NCBI GenBank assembly: GCA_949290175.1
Contig: CASERA010000186.1
Span: 1 to 33,238, forward strand
Length of the DNA: 33,238 nucleotides
Origin: an uncultured Ruminococcus sp.
GTDB taxonomy: Bacteria > Bacillota > Clostridia > Lachnospirales > Lachnospiraceae
Reading direction: 5' to 3'
In this document: positions 1 to 8,069 of the stretch, piece by piece
Numbering within the stretch: position 1 is the first letter of the stretch
How the letters are laid out: each line of letters starts with the position of its first letter
The notes under the pieces: generated by a model
What the model was told of the DNA's origin: nothing
Seen by the model: only the letters and a program-made list of their open reading frames with translations
The model's database searches: none
Made by a program: the position numbers and the translations under genes

Positions 1-2
1 TG

Positions 3-401
3 GCAGAACAGACAATGGCAGAAGCAGCCCAGTCAATATCAAAAGGATTTGGAGAGATGCTGAATGCAAGAGCCTCGCAGATACTGGGAGCAATAACAGA
101 AAAGAAATATACACGGCTTTTGGTGGAAGAGCCTTTAAAACTAATACTTTTAGAGGATGGGAGGCGGATTCCGGTGGAACGAGTCAGCAGAGGAACCATA
201 GAGCAGGTGTATTTCTCGCTTCGGATGGCAGCACTTGACATTCTGTATGAAGATAAAATGCCGGTAATTTTGGATGATGCGTTTGCGTTTTATGACGAAA
301 AAAGATTGAAATGTGCTTTAAAATGGTTGAGCGAACAGCAAAGACAAGTTATAATATTTAGTTGCCAAAAACGTGAGGCTGAACTTTTGCAAGAAGTCTA
401 A
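3..401 (+). CDS. C-terminal part of a YhaN/SbcC-like ABC-type ATPase (5' truncated by the window edge)
   Basis: Frame is open from the window start. ABC signature-like VSRGTIEQVYFSLRMA, Walker B/D-loop PVILDDAFAFYD and terminal QVIIFSCQ match YhaN-type proteins. Confidence 0.8.
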   Translation, partial: AEQTMAEAAQSISKGFGEMLNARASQILGAITEKKYTRLLVEEPLKLILLEDGRRIPVERVSRGTIEQVYFSLRMAALDILYEDKMPVILDDAFAFYDEKRLKCALKWLSEQQRQVIIFSCQKREAELLQEV

Positions 402-449
402 TGGAATAGAACAGAAAACCTGTTATGAAAATGGAAGGAAAGATTTTAG

Positions 450-1784
450 ATGAAAATAGAATTGCCAAGAAAAGTGGTTTTAATTATCAATAATCTTCAA
501 ATACATGGGTATGAAGCCTATGCTGTCGGCGGGTGCGTGAGAGATTCGATTCTGAACAGGAAGCCGGAGGACTGGGATATTACAACTTCGGCAAAACCGG
601 AAGAGATAAAGAGGCTGTTTAAGCGTACGGTGGACACTGGAATTGAACATGGTACGGTGACAGTTTTGATAGGAAAAGATGGATTTGAGGTAACCACTTA
701 CAGGGTAGATGGTCAGTATGAGGACGGACGCCATCCCAAAGAAGTGACTTTTACGAATCAGCTGGAAGAAGATTTGAAAAGGCGGGATTTTACCATCAAT
801 GCAATGGCATATAATAATGATGTACGCCTGGTTGATGTATTTGGAGGAATGAGGGACCTTAATTATCATTTAATCCGGTGTGTAGGTGATCCAGAAGAAC
901 GGTTTTCGGAAGATGCTCTCAGGATTTTAAGAGCAGTGCGTTTTTCTGCCCAGCTGGCATTTCCGATTGAGCCGGTGACCGCAAACGCAGTCAGAAAACT
1001 GGCACCGAATCTGGAAAAAATCAGTGCGGAGCGGATTCAGGTAGAATTGGTAAAACTTCTGGTATCGGACCATCCTGAGATGATTCAGGATGCCTGCGAG
1101 CTGGGAATTACAAAAGTGATTCTGCCCGAATGGGATGCAATGACAGGTGTTAAACAGAATACACCACATCATAAATACGACGTAGCGGGACATACCCTGC
1201 ATGCATTACAGAACGTAAAGAATGATAAAGTGCTGCGTCTTACCATGCTGTTTCACGATATGGGCAAGCCGATGATGAAAACGACAGATGAGAACGGAAG
1301 GGATCATTTTAAAGGTCATGCACTGGTTAGTGAGCAAATTGCAAGAGGAGTTATGAAGCGATTGAAATTTGATAATGAGACAATCAAGAAAGTGACGAAG
1401 CTTGTGTGCTATCATGATTACAGGATTGAAGCGACACCTTCGAATGTACGACGGGCAATGAACCGGATTGGTGTAGATTTATTTCCGTATTATCTGGCAG
1501 TGCGTATGGCAGATACGAAAGCACAGAGCGGATACCAGCGCCGTGCAAAGATTGAAAATATAGTCGCAATGAGAGAGCATTACCAGAACGCTTTGAAGAA
1601 CCGGGAGTGCGTGACTTTAAAAGGCCTCGCTGTAACAGGACGTGACTTAATGGATTTAGGAATGGTACCCGGCAAACAGCTTGGTGAAATGCTTAATGAG
1701 CTGTTGGAACGTGTAATTGATGATCCAAACTTTAATAAAAAAGAGTTATTATGTAATTATGTAAAAGAAAGACTTGTTCTTTAG
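450..1784 (+). CDS. cca: Class II CCA-adding enzyme (tRNA nucleotidyltransferase) with HD domain
   Basis: VGGCVRD..DWDI (DxD), RRDFTINAM and EDALRILRA motifs; HD region (HH..HT..FHDMGK..FKGH); GAAGGA RBS upstream. Confidence 0.93.
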   Translation: MKIELPRKVVLIINNLQIHGYEAYAVGGCVRDSILNRKPEDWDITTSAKPEEIKRLFKRTVDTGIEHGTVTVLIGKDGFEVTTYRVDGQYEDGRHPKEVTFTNQLEEDLKRRDFTINAMAYNNDVRLVDVFGGMRDLNYHLIRCVGDPEERFSEDALRILRAVRFSAQLAFPIEPVTANAVRKLAPNLEKISAERIQVELVKLLVSDHPEMIQDACELGITKVILPEWDAMTGVKQNTPHHKYDVAGHTLHALQNVKNDKVLRLTMLFHDMGKPMMKTTDENGRDHFKGHALVSEQIARGVMKRLKFDNETIKKVTKLVCYHDYRIEATPSNVRRAMNRIGVDLFPYYLAVRMADTKAQSGYQRRAKIENIVAMREHYQNALKNRECVTLKGLAVTGRDLMDLGMVPGKQLGEMLNELLERVIDDPNFNKKELLCNYVKERLVL

Positions 1785-1812
1785 CATACTTCTGTGCTCT
1801 GATTCATAGGTT
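1784..1812 (+). promoter_or_regulatory. Putative mother-cell sigma (SigE/SigK-type) promoter for the cotS-like gene
   Basis: GCATACT-N14-CATAGGTT resembles the SigE consensus (ZHATAXX-N14-CATACAHT) and sits directly upstream of a coat gene. Confidence 0.6.
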
Positions 1813-1850
1813 AGAAAGAGTTATGAATCGTATAGTGCAGGGGGCAAGTT

Positions 1851-2861
1851 ATGAGAGAATATGAGTTAGAAGTCTTGGAACAATATGACATAGAAATAAT
1901 AAGCACCCGGAAAGCAAGGGGTGCTTATTTTTGCGATACGAAAGATGGAATATTGCTTTTGAAGGAAGCGGGGATCTCTGCTGGCAGGGCACCTCTGATG
2001 TATTTCCTTCAGAACCAGCTTGAAGCAGAATACGGAATGAAAGTAGATACACCCGTTTTTACAAAAGAAGGAAGAGTATTCAGCGTTTCTTCGGATGGTA
2101 CGAAGTATCTACTCAAAAAGTGGTATGGAGGAAGAGAGTGTGATGTCCGCCGGGAAAAGGATATTCTGGAGGCAGCGGCAAATCTTGCAAGACTCCATAA
2201 CAGGATGAACTGGAATCAGATACAGGAAAAAATTCCGGAGAATGATTTGAAGCCTCCGGCAGGCAGAATGGTACTTTTAGAATTACGGCGCCATAACCGG
2301 GAATTGAAAAAAGTCCGTACGTTTATCCGCAGCAGAGTCAATAAAGGAGAGTTTGAGTATCGTTTTCTGGAAAATTTTGAGACCATGTATCATATTGCAC
2401 AAAAAGTAACGGAGCGCATGGAGCAATCAGATTATGACGAGTTGTATCAGGATAGCATCAGAAATGGTCTGCTGGTGCACGGGGATTATAATTATCATAA
2501 TGTTCTACTGGTACAAGGTGAGACTGCGACAACGAATTTCGAACATTTTCGAAGAGATATTCCGGTACAGGATTTATATTATTTCCTGCGTAAAGTTATG
2601 GAAAAGCACCAGTGGCAAGAGCGGATTGGCAGACAGTTATTGGAAACATATCAGGAAATCCGTCCTTTGGAAAGACGTGAGAAAGAGCTGATTGCACTCC
2701 GTCTGGCATACCCGGAGAAGTTTTGGAAAACAGCAAATGCATATTCTAATTCAAACAAAGCGTGGATTCCGGAAAAAAGTGTGGAGAAATTACAGACTGC
2801 AGTTGGGCATACAGAAGAAAAGGAGCAGTTTTTAAAGAATATATTTGCTTTCCATTTATAG
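1851..2861 (+). CDS. CotS-family spore coat protein (APH/kinase-like fold)
   Basis: LARLH, HGDYNYHN (Brenner-type motif), DLYYFLRKVMEK and YPEKFWK segments typical of CotS/YutH-like proteins; sporulation-type promoter upstream. Confidence 0.85.
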   Translation: MREYELEVLEQYDIEIISTRKARGAYFCDTKDGILLLKEAGISAGRAPLMYFLQNQLEAEYGMKVDTPVFTKEGRVFSVSSDGTKYLLKKWYGGRECDVRREKDILEAAANLARLHNRMNWNQIQEKIPENDLKPPAGRMVLLELRRHNRELKKVRTFIRSRVNKGEFEYRFLENFETMYHIAQKVTERMEQSDYDELYQDSIRNGLLVHGDYNYHNVLLVQGETATTNFEHFRRDIPVQDLYYFLRKVMEKHQWQERIGRQLLETYQEIRPLERREKELIALRLAYPEKFWKTANAYSNSNKAWIPEKSVEKLQTAVGHTEEKEQFLKNIFAFHL

Positions 2862-2877
2862 GGACCTGTTGTATAAT
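2849..2877 (+). promoter_or_regulatory. Putative SigA promoter for pgm
   Basis: TTTCCA-N17-TATAAT, overlapping the cotS stop codon. Confidence 0.55.
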
Positions 2878-2910
2878 AAGGTCATACAAAATATGCAGGA
2901 GGTACCTAGT

Positions 2911-4641
2911 ATGGACTACAAGGGAAGATATGAAGAATGGTTATCTAACCCGTATTTTGATGTAGATACCAAAGCTGAACTGGAACGCATCAAAGAGGAT
3001 GATAATGAAATTAAGGAACGCTTTTATACAGATCTGGAATTCGGAACTGCTGGGCTTAGAGGCATTATCGGCGCAGGAACAAACCGCATGAATATCTATA
3101 CCGTCAGAAAAGCAACACAGGGACTGGCAAACTATATTATCAAGAGTAATAATATGCAGAAAGGTGTTGCTATTGCCTTTGATTCCCGCCGGATGTCACC
3201 GGAATTTGCACAGGAAGCAGCATGCTGCCTGGCGGCAAATGGAATCAAAGCATATGTATTTGATGCGCTGCGCCCTACACCTGAGCTGTCTTATGCAGTA
3301 AGAAAATTAGGATGCATTGCGGGGATTAATATTACGGCAAGTCATAACCCGCCGGAATATAACGGCTATAAGGTTTACTGGGAAGACGGTGCCCAGATTA
3401 CTCCTCCGCATGATAAGGGTATTATGGATGAAGTTAAAGCGGTGGAGGATTACACGACGATGAAGACCATGTCGGTGGAAGAAGCGAAGGCAGCAGGTCT
3501 TTATGAGACGATTGGGGAAGAGATAGATGATGCTTATATCGCAGAGCTGAAAAAACAGGTGCTTCACCAGGATGCCATTGATGCAGTTGGAAAAGAACTG
3601 AAAATCGTATACAGCCCGCTGCATGGAACGGGTAATATCCCTGCACGCAGGATTTTAAAAGAACTTGGATTTGAGAATGTGTATGTCGTAAAAGAGCAGG
3701 AACTTCCGGACGGAGAATTTCCGACTGTTTCTTATCCTAATCCCGAAGCAGAGGAAGCCTTTGATCTGGGATTAAAACTGGCAAAAGAGATTGATGCCGA
3801 CATCGTACTTGCTACAGATCCTGATGCGGACAGATTGGGAGTACGTGTTAAAGATAAAAATGGAGAGTACCATACACTGACAGGAAATATGTCGGGATGT
3901 CTGCTGGCTGACTATGAGATTGGACAGAGAAAAGAGCAAAAAGGCCTGCCGGATGATGGATATCTGATTAAAACAATTGTTACAACTAATATGGCAGATG
4001 CAATTGCAAAATATTATCATGCAGGACTGATTGAGGTATTGACCGGATTCAAGTATATCGGACAGCAGATTCTTGGATTTGAAACAGCAGGAAAGGGCAG
4101 TTATCTGTTTGGATTTGAGGAAAGCTATGGATGTCTGATTGGTACACATGCGAGAGACAAAGATGCGATTGTAGCAACAATGGCGCTTTGTGAAGCGGCA
4201 GCCTATTATAAGACAAAAGATATGACACTTTGGGATGCCATGATTGAGATGTACGAGCGTTACGGTTACTACAAAGATGATATCCAGTCTATTACGTTGA
4301 GCGGAATTGAAGGGCTTGCAAAAATTCAGGAAATCCTTGAAACATTGAGGAAGAACCCTCCGACAGAGATTGCAGGATATAAGGTGCTGAAGGCAAGAGA
4401 TTATAAAGCAGATACAATTAAAGATATGGAGACAGGAGATGTGACAGGAACAGGCCTTCCGAATTCTAATGTTTTGTATTATGACTTATCTGATGATGCG
4501 TGGCTGTGTGTAAGACCTTCTGGTACAGAGCCAAAAGTAAAATTTTATTATGGCGTAAAGGGAACCTCTCTGGAGGACGCAGACAGGAAGTCTGCATCTA
4601 TGGGAAAAGAAGTTTTAGCGATGATTGATGAGATTATGTAA
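2911..4641 (+). CDS. pgm: Phosphoglucomutase/phosphomannomutase (PgcA type)
   Basis: FGTAGLRG, catalytic TASHNP, metal loop DPDADR, GFEESYG and RPSGTEPK. Start moved to ATG 2911, which follows GGAGG. Confidence 0.93.
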   Translation: MDYKGRYEEWLSNPYFDVDTKAELERIKEDDNEIKERFYTDLEFGTAGLRGIIGAGTNRMNIYTVRKATQGLANYIIKSNNMQKGVAIAFDSRRMSPEFAQEAACCLAANGIKAYVFDALRPTPELSYAVRKLGCIAGINITASHNPPEYNGYKVYWEDGAQITPPHDKGIMDEVKAVEDYTTMKTMSVEEAKAAGLYETIGEEIDDAYIAELKKQVLHQDAIDAVGKELKIVYSPLHGTGNIPARRILKELGFENVYVVKEQELPDGEFPTVSYPNPEAEEAFDLGLKLAKEIDADIVLATDPDADRLGVRVKDKNGEYHTLTGNMSGCLLADYEIGQRKEQKGLPDDGYLIKTIVTTNMADAIAKYYHAGLIEVLTGFKYIGQQILGFETAGKGSYLFGFEESYGCLIGTHARDKDAIVATMALCEAAAYYKTKDMTLWDAMIEMYERYGYYKDDIQSITLSGIEGLAKIQEILETLRKNPPTEIAGYKVLKARDYKADTIKDMETGDVTGTGLPNSNVLYYDLSDDAWLCVRPSGTEPKVKFYYGVKGTSLEDADRKSASMGKEVLAMIDEIM

Positions 4642-4677
4642 ACACCCGTTTTAGGCGGTAAATATGGTGAAAATTCC

Positions 4678-4706
4678 TTGACAAAAGTACTTGCAGCAGT
4701 TATAAC
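4678..4706 (+). promoter_or_regulatory. Strong SigA promoter for hup
   Basis: TTGACA-N17-TATAAC. Confidence 0.8.
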
Positions 4707-4803
4707 AGTACATAAGGGTATCGACATGTAAACGGTAGAGACATGCGGCCTTTACCAATTTTAGAATATTTATTCTAGCACAGTAAAGAGGAGGAAATAA
4801 TCC

Positions 4804-5079
4804 ATGAACAAAACAGAATTAATCGCAGCTATCGCTGAACAGGCAGAGATTTCTAAGAAAGATGCAGAAAAGGCTTTAAAAGCTTTCATCGACGTTGTTA
4901 CAGAGCAATTAAAAGAAGGCGAAAAAGTACAGTTAGTAGGATTTGGTACTTTTGAAGTAAGCGAAAGAGCTGCAAGAGAAGGAAGAAATCCTCAGACAGG
5001 TGAGACAATGAAGATTGCTGCTTGCAAAGCTCCTAAATTCAAAGCTGGAAAAGCTCTGAAAGATGCGGTAAATTCATAA
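4804..5079 (+). CDS. hup: DNA-binding protein HU
   Basis: MNKTELI...VQLVGFGTF...GRNPQTGE...[13 protein letters not shown]; GAGGAGG RBS. Confidence 0.97.
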   Translation: MNKTELIAAIAEQAEISKKDAEKALKAFIDVVTEQLKEGEKVQLVGFGTFEVSERAAREGRNPQTGETMKIAACKAPKFKAGKALKDAVNS

Positions 5080-5097
5080 TTTGATTTAAAATATGAA

Positions 5098-5144
5098 AAA
5101 GAAGAGAATACGATTGGACAGGTTTCCGGTTGTATTCTCTTTTC
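5098..5144 (+). terminator. Long hairpin after hup (terminator or mRNA stabiliser)
   Basis: GAAGAGAATACGATTGGA pairs with TCCGGTTGTATTCTCTTT (with G-U pairs) and ends in a T-rich tract. Confidence 0.65.
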
Positions 5145-5159
5145 AGTTGGGAGATAACG

Positions 5160-5399
5160 ATGAGATTAGATAAATTTTTAAAGGTATCACGTTTGATTAA
5201 GCGCAGAACGGTAGCAAATGAGGCATGCGACGCAGGAAGAGTGCTTGTGAACGGAAAAACGGCAAAGGCCTCTGTGAAAGTGAAGGTCGGAGACGTAATC
5301 GAAATTCAGTTTGGAACAAAAACCGTAAAGGTAGAAGTGCTTGCTCTGCAGGATACGACGAAGAAAGAAGAGGCAAAAGAGCTCTTTAAGTATTTATAA
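5160..5399 (+). CDS. yabO: S4-domain RNA-binding protein YabO/RqcP (Hsp15-like)
   Basis: MRLDKFLKVSRLIKRRTVANEACDAGRV; conserved position after hup; ATG 5160 follows GGGAG. Confidence 0.92.
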   Translation: MRLDKFLKVSRLIKRRTVANEACDAGRVLVNGKTAKASVKVKVGDVIEIQFGTKTVKVEVLALQDTTKKEEAKELFKYL

Positions 5400-5404
5400 G
5401 AGCA

Positions 5405-5433
5405 GAATATTTTGATACAACCCTTCATATATA
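5405..5433 (+). promoter_or_regulatory. Putative SigE promoter for yabP-yabQ
   Basis: GAATATT-N14-CATATATA. yabPQ is SigE-controlled in Bacillus subtilis. Confidence 0.6.
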
Positions 5434-5464
5434 TAGAAAAGCAGAGAATGAAGGGAGAAGGTTT

Positions 5465-5752
5465 ATGGAAGAACGACAAATGCCCGCTAAGGCGCATAAG
5501 CTGGTTGTGAATAATAGAAAGACAAGTATGGTGACAGGAGTTCTGGATGTTCTTTCCTTTGATCTGAATGAAATCCTTTTGGAAACAGAGCAGGGAATGT
5601 TGATGGTAAAAGGAACGGATCTGCATGTAAATCGGCTCAGTGTAGAAAAAGGGGAAGTAGATTTGTCAGGAAATATTGACAGTATTGCATATTCCGGTGT
5701 CCATCAAGGGAACAGACAGGGTGAAAATTTCTTTGCAAAGTTGTTTAAGTAG
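5465..5752 (+). CDS. yabP: Sporulation protein YabP
   Basis: HKLVVNNRK..VTGVLDVLSFD..ILLET..GMLMVKG.DLHV..L...G.I.SI.Y and terminal FFAKLFK; synteny. Confidence 0.92.
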   Translation: MEERQMPAKAHKLVVNNRKTSMVTGVLDVLSFDLNEILLETEQGMLMVKGTDLHVNRLSVEKGEVDLSGNIDSIAYSGVHQGNRQGENFFAKLFK

Positions 5753-5760
5753 GCGAGCTT

Positions 5761-6093
5761 ATGATGCTGGGAATTGGAACAGAAGTGATGATTTTTCTTT
5801 ATGCCGGTCTGACAGGAATCGTTGTTTTTTGCGGTTATCAGATTCTGAGACTTTTCCGCCGTCTGATCCGGCATCATTATTTAGTTATAGGGGCAGAGGA
5901 TTTTCTTTTTTGGCTTGGAGTAAGTGCATATGTATTTAGGCAGATGTATTATACAACCTATGGAAGTATTCGCTGGTTTTTTGTATTAGGAGGTGCCGGC
6001 GGCGCGGCTGCCGCGGGATTTCTATTTTTCATAACTAAAAAATTATATGAAAAAATAAAGAAAAACCTTGAAAAAGGCAGGAAAAAACGATAG
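5761..6093 (+). CDS. yabQ: Spore cortex biosynthesis protein YabQ (short membrane form)
   Basis: Three hydrophobic segments, EDFLFW and G.IRWF motifs; lies between yabP and divIC. Confidence 0.8.
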   Translation: MMLGIGTEVMIFLYAGLTGIVVFCGYQILRLFRRLIRHHYLVIGAEDFLFWLGVSAYVFRQMYYTTYGSIRWFFVLGGAGGAAAAGFLFFITKKLYEKIKKNLEKGRKKR

Positions 6094-6096
6094 AAT
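6068..6096 (+). promoter_or_regulatory. Putative SigA promoter for divIC inside the yabQ 3' end
   Basis: TTGAAA-N17-TAGAAT. Confidence 0.6.
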
Positions 6097-6219
6097 GTTT
6101 TTATCTTATGAGAAATGTACATATAGTCTTTTGTTATAAGATGCTGCAGAGGAAAGTATGATTCTCATTACAAAATAAGATTTTATTGTTGGAAGAAAAG
6201 TTTGATAGGGTGAGTGTAT

Positions 6220-6558
6220 ATGGCAGTTCAAAAAAAGAAAGCCGTCAGCAGACAAAAGAGCCGGAAAAGAAGTTCTGCATTGCGGTATCATAAAAGGAGT
6301 ATGGTACTCATTAGTATGATTCTTGTATTATTGACCGGAGTATTGACAGTCAGTGCAGCATCTCTCCAGGAAAAGAATCAGGAGTATGAGAAACAGGAAA
6401 TAGAACTGAAGGCACAGATTCAGAAAGAGAAAGAACGTTCAGAAGAAATAAAGGCATACGAAGAGTATGTGAAAACAGATGATTATGTAAAAGAAGTTGC
6501 GGAAGAGAAGCTGGGATTGGTTGATCCGAATGAAATTATATTCAAGCCGGCACAATAA
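6220..6558 (+). CDS. divIC: Septum formation initiator (DivIC/FtsB family)
   Basis: Basic N-terminus, one TM helix, coiled coil, and DDYVKEVAEEKLGLVDPNEIIF C-terminal motif; synteny. Confidence 0.85.
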   Translation: MAVQKKKAVSRQKSRKRSSALRYHKRSMVLISMILVLLTGVLTVSAASLQEKNQEYEKQEIELKAQIQKEKERSEEIKAYEEYVKTDDYVKEVAEEKLGLVDPNEIIFKPAQ

Positions 6559-6574
6559 TGACGATACGAAAGAT

Positions 6575-6607
6575 GAGCTCTGGGAAGATTCCCGGGGCTT
6601 TTTTATT
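6575..6607 (+). terminator. Intrinsic terminator after divIC
   Basis: GAGCTCTGGGA/TCCCGGGGCTT stem followed by TTTTATT. Confidence 0.75.
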
Positions 6608-6630
6608 GCATAGGAAAGGAGAGTATCATT

Positions 6631-8028
6631 ATGGAAGATGGACAGGCACTGCACACCAGTCCCTATGTGGTACAGATTGAGAAATTTGCAGATTCTCTGA
6701 AGCAGCTTTCACATACATTTCTAAAACTGGAAGAAAAGAAACGTTCATTCACGAACGAAGAAGTTGAGGATATGTTTGATAAGGTGAAGGAGAAAGTCTG
6801 CGGAAATTGTGAGAAATGCTCCTGGTGTTGGGGTGATAATTTTGTACATACCTATCAGATGGGATATGAAATTCTGTCGGCAGTGGACCACTATGGAAAT
6901 GAATTGAATACGGAAACAAAACGGAAGCTGCAGCAAAGATGTATTATGGCACCACGATTTTTGAGAGAAATGCTGGAGGCGTTTCATGATGCCAGACAAA
7001 ATCTGATGTGGAATAACCGGATTGTACAAAGCAGGGAAGGCTGTGCGATTCAGATGGATACATTTGCAGATATGATACGCAGTACAGCAAAAGAACTGGA
7101 AGACAGTATGTTTACGGATGAGAGGCTGGAAAAGAAAATCAGTGCACATCTCAAGAAAAAAGGCATCCGGGTTCTTTATACGAATTTCTTTATGAACAGA
7201 GAGGGGAAATACGAGATTCATGTGACTGCCAGAGCAGCGCAGAATACATGTGTCACAACAAAAGAATTGGTAAAATCTATTTCTGAAGTTATAGGGCGTC
7301 GGTTTGTGCCTGAGGGGAATCAATGTCCGGTTTTGGGAAAAGAGTATATGACGGTAATCTGTATGGAGGGGCCGGGGTACTGTACGTTGCAGGGAGTTGC
7401 AAGAATTGGAAAAGGGTGCTGTCAGATTTCCGGAGATAATTTCATGATGATGGAGCTGCCGGGAGGACGCCAGGGAGTTGCTCTGTCTGACGGGATGGGG
7501 GCGGGAGAGAAGGCATGTAAGGAGAGTACCTTGGTCATTGAATTACTGGAGGAACTGTTGGAAGCAGGATTTCCGGAAAAAACGGCAATTCAGATGATTA
7601 ATACGACACTGGTTATGGGACGTGAAGAAATTCACTTCTCCACAGTGGATATGAGCATTTTTGATTTATACACAGGAAGTTGTGAGCTGATTAAGGCAGG
7701 TGCTTCTTCTACATTTATTAAAAAGCAAAATAAAGTGGAGCATATCAGTTCATCGAGTCTGCCAATCGGAGTGATGAACTCCATCGAGATAGAATCTGTG
7801 AAACGGCAGCTGGGAGATGGTGATTTTGTAATTATGGTAACGGATGGAGTTATGGATGCACTTCCTGTAGGAGAACAGGACATTCTTTTGGAAACAATTA
7901 TCAAAGGTACTGCAATTAATAATCCAAAAGAACTGGCTCACCATATTCTGGAACAAGTGCTGAACTGGACGGGGGAGGAGCCATTGGATGATATGACAGT
8001 TTTAGTCGTAGGAATGTGGGAATGCTGA
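6631..8028 (+). CDS. spoIIE: SpoIIE-like PP2C phosphatase lacking the N-terminal transmembrane domain
   Basis: CGNCEKCSWCW cysteine motif of the SpoIIE central domain; PP2C motifs SGD, LSDGMG, MVTDG and DDMTV; canonical position before tilS-hpt-ftsH. Confidence 0.82.
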   Translation: MEDGQALHTSPYVVQIEKFADSLKQLSHTFLKLEEKKRSFTNEEVEDMFDKVKEKVCGNCEKCSWCWGDNFVHTYQMGYEILSAVDHYGNELNTETKRKLQQRCIMAPRFLREMLEAFHDARQNLMWNNRIVQSREGCAIQMDTFADMIRSTAKELEDSMFTDERLEKKISAHLKKKGIRVLYTNFFMNREGKYEIHVTARAAQNTCVTTKELVKSISEVIGRRFVPEGNQCPVLGKEYMTVICMEGPGYCTLQGVARIGKGCCQISGDNFMMMELPGGRQGVALSDGMGAGEKACKESTLVIELLEELLEAGFPEKTAIQMINTTLVMGREEIHFSTVDMSIFDLYTGSCELIKAGASSTFIKKQNKVEHISSSSLPIGVMNSIEIESVKRQLGDGDFVIMVTDGVMDALPVGEQDILLETIIKGTAINNPKELAHHILEQVLNWTGEEPLDDMTVLVVGMWEC

Positions 8029-8034
8029 ACCGGG

Positions 8035-8063
8035 TTGCATTTTGCTGCCGAATTGAGTATAGT
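8035..8063 (+). promoter_or_regulatory. SigA promoter for tilS-hpt-ftsH
   Basis: TTGCAT-N17-TATAGT, ending 6 nt before ATG 8070. Confidence 0.72.
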
Positions 8064-8069
8064 TTACTT

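Noticed and set aside
2845-2910. Upstream ORF-track starts (pgm 2845; likewise 5130, 8016, 23362, 25722, 28984, 30252, 32739)
   Set aside because: These starts overlap promoters or hairpins or lack an RBS; downstream ATGs fit family N-termini better.
4712-4790. Small hairpins in the hup leader as a riboswitch
   Set aside because: Only two short stems (GGTAGAG/CTTTACC, TAGAAT/ATTCTA), with no recognisable aptamer or expression platform.
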